Source: a virus
Taxonomy: Duplodnaviria > Caudoviricetes
Reading direction: 5' to 3' (one strand)
Length of the DNA: 64,000 bases
IMG/VR virus record: IMGVR_UViG_3300048849_000173
Span: 2,104-66,103 of that record
A model generated the notes under the pieces. That model ran no database searches. It was not told the DNA's origin and saw only the letters and a list, made by a program, of their open reading frames with translations. This document shows, piece by piece, positions 7,779 to 17,343 of the stretch. Made by a program: the position numbers and the translations under genes. Positions within the stretch are counted from its first letter, which is position 1; each line of letters begins with the position of its first letter.

Positions 7779-8465
7779 ATGTGCAGCCACTACCAGGCGG
7801 TCAAGGCCGTCGCGTTACTCGAAAAGCGGTTCCAAGGCGTCTCATGGCCGACGGGAGACCTCGGCAAGACAGACATGTGGCCGAAGTACTCGGGGCTTTT
7901 CATCCGGCGGCCGCCAGAGCACGATGCCGGCGACGAAGCAGTTCCGGACTTTGAAGGAATGACAGGCCGTTGGGGCTTGGTGTCCGCGCTGACCAAAGCT
8001 GACGGCGCTGAGAAGGCGATGAAGTTGTCGACCTTCAACGCGCGCTCTGAGACTGCCGCCAAGTCGTTCACGTTCGGCAATGCATGGCGTAAGGCCCAGC
8101 ATTGCATCATCCCTGCCGAGGCGTTTTACGAGCCTGACTGGCGTTCTGGCAAAGCCGTGCCGACCCGCTTCACCGCGGCCGACGGAGAACCGATGGGCAT
8201 TGCCGGCCTGTGGGATCGGTGGCGCTCAGCAACGGGCGAAATCGTTGAGAGCTTCACCATGTTGACTATCAACGCGGACAACCACGAGTTGCTGCGCGAC
8301 TACCACCGCCCAACTGACGAAAAGCGGATGGTGGTTGTCCTGCCTGCTGGCGTCTACGACGCGTGGCTGACTGCACCAGCGAGCGATACGATGGACTTCA
8401 TGCACCCGTACCCGGCTGAATCACTTATTGCCACAGCAGTTCCAAAGGGTGAAGCACCAAAGTAA
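7779..8465 (+). CDS. SRAP family abasic-site protein (YedK/HMCES-like)
   Basis: N-terminal MC (catalytic Cys2), TFNARSET, HCIIPAEAFYE, FTMLTINAD, H..RMVVVL. Confidence 0.93.
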   Translation: MCSHYQAVKAVALLEKRFQGVSWPTGDLGKTDMWPKYSGLFIRRPPEHDAGDEAVPDFEGMTGRWGLVSALTKADGAEKAMKLSTFNARSETAAKSFTFGNAWRKAQHCIIPAEAFYEPDWRSGKAVPTRFTAADGEPMGIAGLWDRWRSATGEIVESFTMLTINADNHELLRDYHRPTDEKRMVVVLPAGVYDAWLTAPASDTMDFMHPYPAESLIATAVPKGEAPK

Positions 8466-8477
8466 GTTAATCGTGCA

Positions 8478-8828
8478 TCATGGCCAAGGAAATCCGGAAA
8501 AGCTCGACTTCACCTTCGAGCAAGAACCGGGGCTGTTGCCCCGGCATTGCGCGTTGGCATGGTGCCTGACTCCAGCGAGAGATATCGGAAGGTAGGTCTT
8601 GTGATCCTGCGTGCCTGGCGGGAATGCTCTGTCCATCCATTTGCCGACCCGCAACGATGGGCCGTCGACATTGACACCACATCCGAGAGCTCGTCCAAGA
8701 ACCGTCGCATAGGTCGTTATCCGATCGACGTCAGATTCGTTTGCTGCATGGACATGCACTGGTGACGCGCAAACGGCGATGACCAGTGCTGAAAGTACCG
8801 TGCTATCCGATCTCAAATTGCTCTCCAA
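8478..8828 (-). CDS. Small exported hypothetical protein
   Basis: Signal-peptide-like N-terminus followed by a Cys-containing mature region. Confidence 0.6.
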   Translation of the reverse strand: MESNLRSDSTVLSALVIAVCASPVHVHAANESDVDRITTYATVLGRALGCGVNVDGPSLRVGKWMDRAFPPGTQDHKTYLPISLAGVRHHANAQCRGNSPGSCSKVKSSFSGFPWP

Positions 8829-8942
8829 GGTGCATGCCAGCTGGCACCACCAAGGTTAGCGCTCGGTCTAACCGTCAAAATCTGCAGGTTTACGTACCCG
8901 GCGTGTTAGTCACAGCCGGGTCCTACTCGCCTGAGGTACCGG

Positions 8943-9248
8943 CTACGGAACGATCTTCGATACACCCGACAGGACAGGAGCTCCGCTGTTTGCCCAAGCG
9001 CGGCAGGCTTCAATGAAGGCGTCCATCTGTTGCTGCTCCGCTTCAGACCCACTGCGCAGAATGTTCAATTGCTTGTACACCGGGTAAAAACGGTTGATGT
9101 AGAACCCCGCGTATTGCGCAGCCTCGTGCGAGTCGAAGGTCACAACCACATCATCAGGCTTGAGCTCAAACTTTTCCAGCGTGGCACCAAGCATTTCGAA
9201 TTGGCCGACAAAATACCCTTCGCCGGTTTTCTTGTTCTGCAATTGCAT
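8943..9248 (-). CDS. Putative tail fibre assembly/chaperone protein
   Basis: Follows the fibre gene; YPVYKQLNILR..EAE...MDAFIEACRAWAN resembles fibre-associated small proteins. Confidence 0.55.
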   Translation of the reverse strand: MQLQNKKTGEGYFVGQFEMLGATLEKFELKPDDVVVTFDSHEAAQYAGFYINRFYPVYKQLNILRSGSEAEQQQMDAFIEACRAWANSGAPVLSGVSKIVP

Positions 9249-9257
9249 GGCTCTTCC

Positions 9258-9911
9258 TTAGATGTAGTTCAGCTGATGACCAGCGTAGTTAATCGTACGA
9301 ACCTGATTAACGTCGGATATCACGCCAGAGACCACAAATGGAGTTCCAAAATATGCGACCGTGCCCGGCTCCACATCTCCGAAAGTGAAGTCAGCGTGCC
9401 ACGTCCGGCCGATCGTCACGTCGAAGAACCTTCCAACTTGCCCCGCGTTGATGTGACGCACACGCCCGGTCTCTACATACACGAACTTGAAGCCGCCACA
9501 AAAAGTGCCGCTGAGCGCGTTGAGCGCCAACCAATACCGAGGACCGGCTTCAGCACGGAAGTTGATTTTTGCCAAGTTGCCGCGGCCGCCGATCAGACCG
9601 AACTTAAACCAGTCAGCAACACCCGCTGGAAGGTTGGGAGTCGCCGCGGTTACGACGCCGGCAAACTCTTCGCCGCCGCCTAAGACAAACGGCAAATCAA
9701 TGAACCCCCCCGCAGCATTTGTGCTGACCATGTGGGTGTTCTTGAGCAGGTTCATAAATGGCCACTCGCCTCGCGCATTCGCCTGCCAGGCATCCAGCTC
9801 AGTTTTCTTCTGCTCCACTCGCTGATCAATCGCAGCGAGCTTCCCTGCTACTTCCTCGGTCAGCTGATTCGCAGCTGACACAAGTTTCGAAATTTCGTTT
9901 TCAAGGCTCAT
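9258..9911 (-). CDS. Putative distal tail fibre / receptor-binding protein
   Basis: Likely start MSLENEISKLVSAANQLTEEVAGK.. (a coiled-coil N-terminus typical of such fibres), then a beta-rich C-terminus. Confidence 0.6.
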   Translation of the reverse strand: MSLENEISKLVSAANQLTEEVAGKLAAIDQRVEQKKTELDAWQANARGEWPFMNLLKNTHMVSTNAAGGFIDLPFVLGGGEEFAGVVTAATPNLPAGVADWFKFGLIGGRGNLAKINFRAEAGPRYWLALNALSGTFCGGFKFVYVETGRVRHINAGQVGRFFDVTIGRTWHADFTFGDVEPGTVAYFGTPFVVSGVISDVNQVRTINYAGHQLNYI

Positions 9912-10001
9912 GGTCTTTCTCTTAGCTAAGGTTGTACGCACCGGCGCGCGGCGGCTTTTTCTGCGGGTCGCCCCCGGCTGGGGCAATGGTCAGTAAGCGG
10001 T

Positions 10002-10622
10002 TCACGGCCATAGCTGACGGCCCTTGCTGTGATCCACGCGACGCCGCGTTGCGTCGATTTCAGTCTGAAGCAGCGCCATCGCCTTGTCTGAGGCATCGAC
10101 GCGCCGCTCTATCGCCGCGCAACGGTCGCTCATGCGCAACTCACGGAGCATTCCCCCGATCGCCGCGCTCGCAATACGCGCAAGCTCCGTTGCCATAGAC
10201 AGATTCAAGCCAGCGCCTGTGGACACGACCGTGACCGAATCGGCTGGCAAGGCCACCAGTTCGAGGTCATACGCCAGCAGCAGGTCCACATTGGGTGCCT
10301 TGTAGGCGATCGCCGTTGTTGGATGTGACCAGACAGCGAACACAGTCCCGTCGGACAGTAAAAACCCAACCTCACGCACCCAGAATTCGATCGCGCCGTC
10401 AGCAAGTGCCGTGAGATGGATGCGCCTGGGTGAGACTCGGGCCCCGTCCGCCACCGGGTACCGGACCTTCATTGACCGCATCCCCTGTTGCGCCTGGGAA
10501 GGGTCATACCCAGCATCGCCCAGTGCGATATGGGTGATTTGCGCGGAGACACCGTCGTTCGTAGCCCGCCAGATCGCGGCAAGCCCGGACTCCAAAATGA
10601 CGGGCTTCAAAGGTGTGCTCAT
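10002..10622 (-). CDS. Tail fibre proximal/tail-collar protein
   Basis: ITHIALGDAGY.P...FWVREVGF.LSDGTVFAVWS baseplate-attachment domain with a C-terminal coiled coil; start MSTPLKP at 10622. Confidence 0.75.
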   Translation of the reverse strand: MSTPLKPVILESGLAAIWRATNDGVSAQITHIALGDAGYDPSQAQQGMRSMKVRYPVADGARVSPRRIHLTALADGAIEFWVREVGFLLSDGTVFAVWSHPTTAIAYKAPNVDLLLAYDLELVALPADSVTVVSTGAGLNLSMATELARIASAAIGGMLRELRMSDRCAAIERRVDASDKAMALLQTEIDATRRRVDHSKGRQLWP

Positions 10623-11443
10623 TGGAGCTCCATGGAAACGCGAATTAATGCGGTTGAGCTGGCAACGCAGGCAGCCAGCACGCGGGTGGACGACGTCGGG
10701 GGTTGGACCGCAGTTGGGCTGCCTGCCCAGCGCCCGACCGCAGCCGAGTGGACGGCATCCGCGCAACCGAGAGCGGTATGTGCAGGCGCGGGCTGCACCG
10801 CTGCGCCGCTGGCCGACCATCGACCAACGGACGTCACCTGCTTGGCGTTTGCGACGCCGAGTTCGTTGTTGTGGCCGATCATGAATTTGATGATTGGCAC
10901 AAACCGCGCCGGCATCACCGTCTCTGGGAAATTCGCCAGCTTGTTGATCTCCTGCAGATCAATCAGCTTGCTGAACGCTGCCACCACAAGGTTGACGTAG
11001 ATCCCGATCCTGCTTGTCAGGAAGTACCCCTCTTTCGGGTACGCCACCAGATCGCTCGGATAAGGTTTGGTCTTGCTCTGCCATAGCTGGTAAGCGCTGA
11101 CGGCATTGGGCGCCAGCATCTGCAGATAGGTGCGCAGAAAGTGGAGCCCGCGACCCTGTGCGTCAGCCGATTTCCACGCGCGGTACAGGTAGCGAGTTGA
11201 CGCTTCCTCCCGATGATCCTTCAGTAGCGCGAGGCCGTCAGCGTTCACCGCTTTGCGGACAAGCTCGAAGGAGCCCAGATGCGCGGCACCCAGGACGTTC
11301 GCGTCAAAGGCTTTGGCAGCCAGGTGCGATCGAAACAAGTCCAGGAATAGGCCTTTCAATGCCTCCTCCACCTCGTTCTCGACAAAGCTTCTTTCGAGCG
11401 GGCGAAGCCGGGGGAGCTCCGCACTAGAGAAATCCAGCGCCAT
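10619..11443 (-). CDS. Baseplate wedge / tail formation protein
   Basis: Lies between the baseplate J-like gene and the fibre gene; RGLHFLRTYLQML motif. Confidence 0.6.
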   Translation of the reverse strand: MALDFSSAELPRLRPLERSFVENEVEEALKGLFLDLFRSHLAAKAFDANVLGAAHLGSFELVRKAVNADGLALLKDHREEASTRYLYRAWKSADAQGRGLHFLRTYLQMLAPNAVSAYQLWQSKTKPYPSDLVAYPKEGYFLTSRIGIYVNLVVAAFSKLIDLQEINKLANFPETVMPARFVPIIKFMIGHNNELGVANAKQVTSVGRWSASGAAVQPAPAHTALGCADAVHSAAVGRWAGSPTAVQPPTSSTRVLAACVASSTALIRVSMELQ

Positions 11444-11448
11444 GATCG

Positions 11449-12945
11449 CTACCCGCCCCACGATGGAAGGGCCACCGCGGCTGATTCGACGTTCACCGTC
11501 AGAGTTTCAGGAGCCACGTAGCGCCACGTCTCAGGACGAACCTTTTGAGCCTGCGGCTCGGAGATTTGCACCGTCAGGTCGGCTTGCCCGGCGGACAGTG
11601 CGGGCACTTTTTCACGTAACAGGGCATATACGCGCTGATAAAGCGGTCTGTTCCTGCCCCGCCGTGAACCGGCGGCTGTCTCGCCAAACTCATGCAGAAG
11701 TGCTTCGGCTATTTGGCTCTTGACGTCGGAAGCGACGTAGGACGTGGCCACCCTAGCATTGACGGTCATCAGTATCTTTGACCGAACAGGCGTGACAAAG
11801 CTGACGCGGTAGCTGTCGTCTGCCGCGAGCAGGGTCGCCCGGATCGCCAGTTGGGTGCTCGTTAGCGAATCCGCCGCCACTTTCAACGGAGCAACTGGCA
11901 CGTCCGGAGACGCCTCGGCTAGGATCTGCTCCCCGCCTGCAGCAGAGAGACACGCGACAAACAGTGTGTTGATGTTGTCCAAGTTGGGGCCGCGCGCCCT
12001 CTCCTCCTCTGCCTCATTCCAGACCGACAGGAACCGCAAGGTTGGGAAGGTGCGGCGCACCAGAAAGTCGAATTCGCCGAGGAACACCGCATTCCCGTCA
12101 TAGACGGACGGGTATCTTGCGAGATCCCTGAGGACCGACATCGACGGAGGTGCTTGGCCGGCCTGCACCATCGCGTGCATGACCATCTCCACGCTGGCTT
12201 CAAGCGGGGAGCCCAGGTATTCGAAAGAAAACGGACTGCCGAACTCCGGATGAATATCGCCGGCGGTGTAGGACACGAGCAGTTTGATGACCGCTCCATC
12301 CTTGGGCTGCACGCCGACGATGCCTTCAAAGCCAAATCGCACATACACACGCTGGCGATCGTCGGCTTCAACGTGGAAGACGCGATCGTTCGGGAACGTG
12401 TTCGTGTACCGGTCGCTGTAGGAGTACTCGCCATCACCATCGGATACCGCTACGCCGCAGAGGTACGAGTCGTCGTCAGGCGGCGGAATCTCGATCGCAT
12501 AGAACGGCTCGCTTCCGGTCACGGTATGAGGAAACAGAACCGAACGCAGCTGAGCCGCTTCGATCAACGCCTCCTTGCCTGCATCCACAGTGACGGGCGT
12601 TTCAACGCGATACGACCGGCCGGACGAGTCGAGCAGAGTCCTCCCTGATTCGATCGTGAACGCCGAGGCTCCTTTGTTGACGGCTCGAATGCGCACCCTG
12701 CCGGCCGTAGCCTTGCGAACGATGCCACGCATCGCCGCATCCGCTAGGACTGTCGCGTCCCGCGTCTTTTCGAACGGCTCGGACATGGCGGTCTCCAGCT
12801 GCGCCGAATACATGGCCAGCATCGTTGCCATCGCTTCGACGTGCTGCATGACGCGCGGATCTCCGGCCTGGTACAACGGCGCGATCGCCGGATAGCTGGA
12901 GACAGAGTCGCGGACGGCCCGCAGGAAATCGGCTTTCGTCAGCAC
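11449..12945 (-). CDS. Baseplate J-like wedge protein (P1 BplA-like)
   Basis: 498 aa; position; RVYVRFG..G.VG and YDGNAVFLGEFDFLVRR segments. Confidence 0.65.
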   Translation of the reverse strand: MLTKADFLRAVRDSVSSYPAIAPLYQAGDPRVMQHVEAMATMLAMYSAQLETAMSEPFEKTRDATVLADAAMRGIVRKATAGRVRIRAVNKGASAFTIESGRTLLDSSGRSYRVETPVTVDAGKEALIEAAQLRSVLFPHTVTGSEPFYAIEIPPPDDDSYLCGVAVSDGDGEYSYSDRYTNTFPNDRVFHVEADDRQRVYVRFGFEGIVGVQPKDGAVIKLLVSYTAGDIHPEFGSPFSFEYLGSPLEASVEMVMHAMVQAGQAPPSMSVLRDLARYPSVYDGNAVFLGEFDFLVRRTFPTLRFLSVWNEAEEERARGPNLDNINTLFVACLSAAGGEQILAEASPDVPVAPLKVAADSLTSTQLAIRATLLAADDSYRVSFVTPVRSKILMTVNARVATSYVASDVKSQIAEALLHEFGETAAGSRRGRNRPLYQRVYALLREKVPALSAGQADLTVQISEPQAQKVRPETWRYVAPETLTVNVESAAVALPSWGG

Positions 12946-12946
12946 G

Positions 12947-13237
12947 TCATCCGCCGCTTATCTCGATTGCCTGACCCGCGACGTCAACCACGAGGTCCAG
13001 GCGGTCCGGAAGCGACGGGATGCCGTACAGATTGACCGAGCCGGGCGGCAGGGCCTGCAGCACAGGAATGTCGGACTGCATTTTGCTCAGGAAGGAGTCA
13101 TACATCCCGTCTGCGTGCGGGCGCTGCAGGAGGGACTTGGTGTCCTGTCCATAATCCGAGCCAAGATATCCGCCAACTGGCGTGTTGAGCCAGTGACGAA
13201 CCATGCCCTGCACATCGTTTGCGGTGATCGTTGCCAT
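12947..13237 (-). CDS. gp25-like baseplate subunit
   Basis: MVRHWLNTPVGGYLGSDYG resembles the gp25-family N-terminus; upstream of the J-like gene. Confidence 0.55.
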   Translation of the reverse strand: MATITANDVQGMVRHWLNTPVGGYLGSDYGQDTKSLLQRPHADGMYDSFLSKMQSDIPVLQALPPGSVNLYGIPSLPDRLDLVVDVAGQAIEISGG

Positions 13238-13244
13238 GCCGCAC

Positions 13245-13285
13245 AGCGTATGTGCTCAAGCCAGCGCACGCCGTCTTGCTTTTCC
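13245..13285 (-). promoter_or_regulatory. Putative late promoter
   Basis: Minus strand GGAAAA-N29-TACGCT; ATG of 12947..13237 is 8 nt downstream. Confidence 0.7.
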
Positions 13286-13307
13286 GAATCTTGCTGTGCT
13301 CTTCCCC

Positions 13308-16300
13308 TTACGAGCTGCCTAGGCCGCCGGTAGCGATGTGGGCTATTCCACGCTCCCGGAGGTCTTGTCCAACGTCGGTGGGTGCCGGAACAATCCTGAT
13401 CGACCGTCGAGGTTCGGGTGCCGTCATCGGCACTGCGACTTGCGGCGCCTCAGCGAGCGCCGGCATTGTGGGCGCAGACGGAACGGCCGGCATTTTGACT
13501 GCGGCGATTACCGGTGCGGCGGGCGCTGCGACAGAGAACGACGAGGAAAACGTGGTGGCCAGGGCGGCGCCGATTTTTCCCGTGTCGAGCATCGGCAGAC
13601 CGATACCTGCAGGAGACGAATCGGATCCCCGACTGGCGCTGGCGGCAAAGCCCGTTGCAGGTCGGGCTGCAACTGGCGCACTGGCTGCGCCTAGGGCCGC
13701 CCCGACCTGACCCGCAAATGGTTCACCAGTAACACCGGCAGGTGGCTCTTCAGTGCCGGCCGGCGCACCCGCGGCCACCACTGGATTTGGCAAGGCCGTG
13801 GCAGCGGCACCCTGCGACTTCAGCGCATCTGCAGCGAAAGCTTCTCCGCGGCGCATGACCTTGCCCATGCGAGCGTAGGCCTCCACCGCGGTGACATCGC
13901 CATTGCCATACAAACTCTTGTTCCCCGAGATCACAGCCTCGACGCGATTGCGCTCCTTGTCCGTCGTAGCCCCCTGCAGCAAGGACTCCCGCACCGTCAT
14001 CAAAGGATTGCGCTGCATTCCGGTAAGCAGGTTCTTGGCGTCTTTGTCGCCCAAGTTGTGGAAAGCGTAAACGTTGGCGTCGTCATCAGCACCGCCGTAC
14101 TTGCGCCCCTTCTCGACATTCTCGCGCGTAAATTCTGCGAGCATGGCAGCCTGAATGGTTTTGTCCCCGCGATACTTCGCAGCTTGATCCTTCGAAAGTC
14201 GTCCGGCACCCTCCACACCGTATTTCGCGCCGTGCTTGTTGACCATATCGGTCCAGGTGCCATCGATGAACTGGCCATACCCGTGAGCGGACGAGATGCG
14301 CGTGCCGTCCTTTCGAATGGGTGCTGCAGTCGAATCGAAGCCGCTCTCAAAGTTGGCGATCTTCGCCACCGTCCCCGCGTTCACTCCAGCTTTCTCCGAC
14401 GCGCCCAAAAGGTAGCTCTTCGCTTCGCGCCACCGTTCGGCCACCTTGCCGCGTATTGGCGCGGTGGCTTCCCACGCCTTGACGGCACCGCGCCCGACGG
14501 TAGTGTTCTCGGCGAGGTAGGTGGCCCCTGCGGCGACGCCTTTCTTGGCCTGGTCTCCAACGTGGACTGCAGCGTCGGCCACCTTGGATACTGATTTGCT
14601 TGCCAGTTCCTTGGCGCCTGCAGCTGTCGCACTCGCAACGCTTGCTACCTTGCTCGCGGCTCCCTCGATCGCGGTGATTGCTGGCCCGATGACGGGCAGA
14701 TTCTTCAGAGCCTCGTAAGCGGACGAGATGCCGCCTGTGATCACGTCCCAGCCGGCCTTTGCAGATGCTACAAACTTGTCCCACGCTTCGCCGAGACCTT
14801 CCCCAACGGCAGCCAGTCCTGCCGTGACGAGGTCCCAGCTCTTTTCCAAGGCTTGAATCGTGTTATCCCATGCGGTGGCTATCGTGCCGGCGATGTCGGC
14901 ATCGCGAAGATCGGACACCCAACCTCCGACGGTCGTACCGAGAATCTGGCCGGCCTTGTCGCCGAAGAACATTCCAACCGCGCCGCCTATCGCACCACCG
15001 ATGGCCATCCCGATCGGCCCACCCACCGCACCGACCAAAGCACCCAGCTTGGCGCCGGCGAACATCCCGCCGACGCTACCCGCGAGCCCGCCCACGGCGC
15101 TGCCGGCGCGCTCGTCCTTATCGCGGCGGCTAATTGTCTCGTCGTTTTCGGAATCGTAGATGTCGGCGGCCGCTCCAACGCCGCCGAGCAAGGCCCCGAT
15201 GAGCGGAATGCGGCCAAGCAAACCGCGGCCCATCCGCATAGCGCCTCGTCCGGCTCCAACCGCCGCACGCTTTGCCCCGGTGGCCAGAGCGCCAGCCCCG
15301 GACGCCAACAACCCTGCACCAGGTATCTTACGCAGGAGTCCAGCCAGGATCGCCGGAAGGCCTCCCAGCAGCCCACCAGCCCCCCCTGTCGTTGCTACCG
15401 GCTTTTCCTCAATCGCTTTCAGACGCTTTGCAGCGACCTTGCTGAATAGGGCCTCTTCCTTCCGAAGCCCAGATAGCGACTGGTAGATACGCCGTAGCCA
15501 GCCCTCCTCCTTCTTCGCACCACTCCCGCCGGTCAGCAGCGCGTAACCGCGCCCTATCGGTTGCGCGATCTCCTGGAACGCCTTCACTGTGGGGTCAGCT
15601 TCCTCCATGCCGGCCCCAGATTCCCGCAGCACACCGACGATTCTTTCGGCTGCAGCACTGAAGGCGCGCGATTCCCCGCTTGCTTCGAATCTGGCAGGCT
15701 GGAGTGGAGCGGTACGCCCAGAAGCGTCATCGCCCGGGCCCGGCGTGCTTTTTTTGATAAAACGGCCGCGGCTATCACGGGCAGTCGGCACCACCGGCGC
15801 GCGCTGAGCTGCGAGGTACATTGCCCTCAGGTTCCCCGTTGCTTCACCACCTGAAACCGCTTTCCTCGCAGTCGCGAGGGAGGCGACTTCAACCGGCTGC
15901 GAACGTGGGCGGTCAACGGGTTCGATGGATCTTCGATTGTCGTGCGGCCCAGACTTGTCGCGAGTAGACGTGGCCAACCGCTCCCGCCCGGTTGCTGCCA
16001 CCGCTGCCGGCGTAACCGCTGCATCCTGAATAAACACCGAACTGGTCGTTGTGACAGATTGCTCGGCTGGAGTGCCTGGCACCGCTGCCGATACCGAGCG
16101 AGCGCGTTCGGCGCGAGTCCCGCCCGAAGTCCACGTTGCGCCTCGGCTCCCCTTATGTGGTTCTGCATGAGGAGCGGCAGTAGGCGACTGACGTGAACTG
16201 AGGGGGGCCACGGACGTGTTTACACGACGCGCTGGCGTAACGGGCGCCGCTGCGCCGCTTGCTGGCGACAACCGGCTCAGAGTGCTTCCGATGCCTGAAA

Positions 16301-16418
16301 GCGTCTTCCGGATGGCATGGATATCTTTGCGAATAGCCGACCAATCCGTAACCGCCTTGCTCAAGTCGATGGGGTCACCTACCAGGAACCCCTGTGCATC
16401 ATGCTTTAACGCCATCAC
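13308..16418 (-). CDS. Tape-measure-like protein with lytic transglycosylase domain (P1 Sit-like)
   Basis: Gly-rich hydrophobic repeats plus IANFESGF...SSAHGYGQFIDGTW lysozyme-like motifs. Confidence 0.8.
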   Translation of the reverse strand: MMALKHDAQGFLVGDPIDLSKAVTDWSAIRKDIHAIRKTLSGIGSTLSRLSPASGAAAPVTPARRVNTSVAPLSSRQSPTAAPHAEPHKGSRGATWTSGGTRAERARSVSAAVPGTPAEQSVTTTSSVFIQDAAVTPAAVAATGRERLATSTRDKSGPHDNRRSIEPVDRPRSQPVEVASLATARKAVSGGEATGNLRAMYLAAQRAPVVPTARDSRGRFIKKSTPGPGDDASGRTAPLQPARFEASGESRAFSAAAERIVGVLRESGAGMEEADPTVKAFQEIAQPIGRGYALLTGGSGAKKEEGWLRRIYQSLSGLRKEEALFSKVAAKRLKAIEEKPVATTGGAGGLLGGLPAILAGLLRKIPGAGLLASGAGALATGAKRAAVGAGRGAMRMGRGLLGRIPLIGALLGGVGAAADIYDSENDETISRRDKDERAGSAVGGLAGSVGGMFAGAKLGALVGAVGGPIGMAIGGAIGGAVGMFFGDKAGQILGTTVGGWVSDLRDADIAGTIATAWDNTIQALEKSWDLVTAGLAAVGEGLGEAWDKFVASAKAGWDVITGGISSAYEALKNLPVIGPAITAIEGAASKVASVASATAAGAKELASKSVSKVADAAVHVGDQAKKGVAAGATYLAENTTVGRGAVKAWEATAPIRGKVAERWREAKSYLLGASEKAGVNAGTVAKIANFESGFDSTAAPIRKDGTRISSAHGYGQFIDGTWTDMVNKHGAKYGVEGAGRLSKDQAAKYRGDKTIQAAMLAEFTRENVEKGRKYGGADDDANVYAFHNLGDKDAKNLLTGMQRNPLMTVRESLLQGATTDKERNRVEAVISGNKSLYGNGDVTAVEAYARMGKVMRRGEAFAADALKSQGAAATALPNPVVAAGAPAGTEEPPAGVTGEPFAGQVGAALGAASAPVAARPATGFAASASRGSDSSPAGIGLPMLDTGKIGAALATTFSSSFSVAAPAAPVIAAVKMPAVPSAPTMPALAEAPQVAVPMTAPEPRRSIRIVPAPTDVGQDLRERGIAHIATGGLGSS

Positions 16419-17332
16419 GGACTCATGAACGTGTCGAGTTGAATGAAGGTCATCTGCACTTCCTGCAGGGCGTCCTCACGGCGCGATAGGCTGACCTCTA
16501 GGGTGCCTGTGCGGAACAACCCGAGATCTTCGTAGCCGCCCCGGTTGCTGTCGCGGGAAACAAATGAATGAACGATCCGAATGGTGATCGCGTAGCTGGC
16601 AGGCACCCCTACTGTCCCATCGCGCGCGGCTGCCTGGCCGTGGTGAGTGGCAAACCACTTCTTCAACGAGCCGAAGTCATCGTCCAAAGTGGTAATTCGC
16701 ATTTCGACAGCCTCCGTGCCCTGCGGCATGTCAACGACAACGCCACCGATCCGCGATTTATCACCGGCGATGTTGAATGGCGTGTAGTCGACCTCCGTCG
16801 CGAACATGTTGAAGCGGTCCGGAAGGTTGGCGTTGCCGGCGAGCAGACTGCTGGTCACCTCAAGTAGCCAAAGGTTCTTCTTTGCCAACCGCTGGCCGCG
16901 GATCTCGTCATAGATGCGTTTGGCTTCAGCAGGGCTGATACCGCCGAACAGTGGCGTGGGCTTTCCCCAGAAGGCCACCTGAGACGCCGCGCCGCCGCCA
17001 AAACCGGGTAACGCCTTGTTCAGTAAGCCCGAGTCCAGAACTCGCATCCCGGCGCTTTCCCAGTCGCCGCGCATGAGATCGCCCGCGGCGCCACTTCCCA
17101 CCTGCAAAGCGCGCTGTGCCTGCACCGGGATGTGCTTGTTCACAGCGTTCATGCCAGCATTGACTGCGGCGCTCTTCCCCATGCCGGCGACCGTGCGGGC
17201 GAGCTTGCCGCCGCCCATTGCTTGCGCTGCAGCGTCGGTGACGCCCCCGATCGCGCCGGATATTCCTGAACGAACGGAACCCACCAGCCCGTTGTTTGAG
17301 AGCGATTCGGCGATGTTGTTGTAGAGGGACAA
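16415..17332 (-). CDS. Putative baseplate hub / tube initiator protein
   Basis: Tube-like beta-rich C-terminal half; lies between portal and tape measure. Confidence 0.5.
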   Translation of the reverse strand: MSLYNNIAESLSNNGLVGSVRSGISGAIGGVTDAAAQAMGGGKLARTVAGMGKSAAVNAGMNAVNKHIPVQAQRALQVGSGAAGDLMRGDWESAGMRVLDSGLLNKALPGFGGGAASQVAFWGKPTPLFGGISPAEAKRIYDEIRGQRLAKKNLWLLEVTSSLLAGNANLPDRFNMFATEVDYTPFNIAGDKSRIGGVVVDMPQGTEAVEMRITTLDDDFGSLKKWFATHHGQAAARDGTVGVPASYAITIRIVHSFVSRDSNRGGYEDLGLFRTGTLEVSLSRREDALQEVQMTFIQLDTFMSP

Positions 17333-17343
17333 GTGCTAGACTC

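Noticed and set aside
9921-9962. Possible late promoter before the distal fibre gene
   Set aside because: The box is TTTTCT rather than TTTTCC and no -10 fits the 29-30 nt spacing.
8943-11443. Tail-fibre diversification by invertase or DGR
   Set aside because: No invertase, reverse transcriptase, or template/variable repeat pair was seen.
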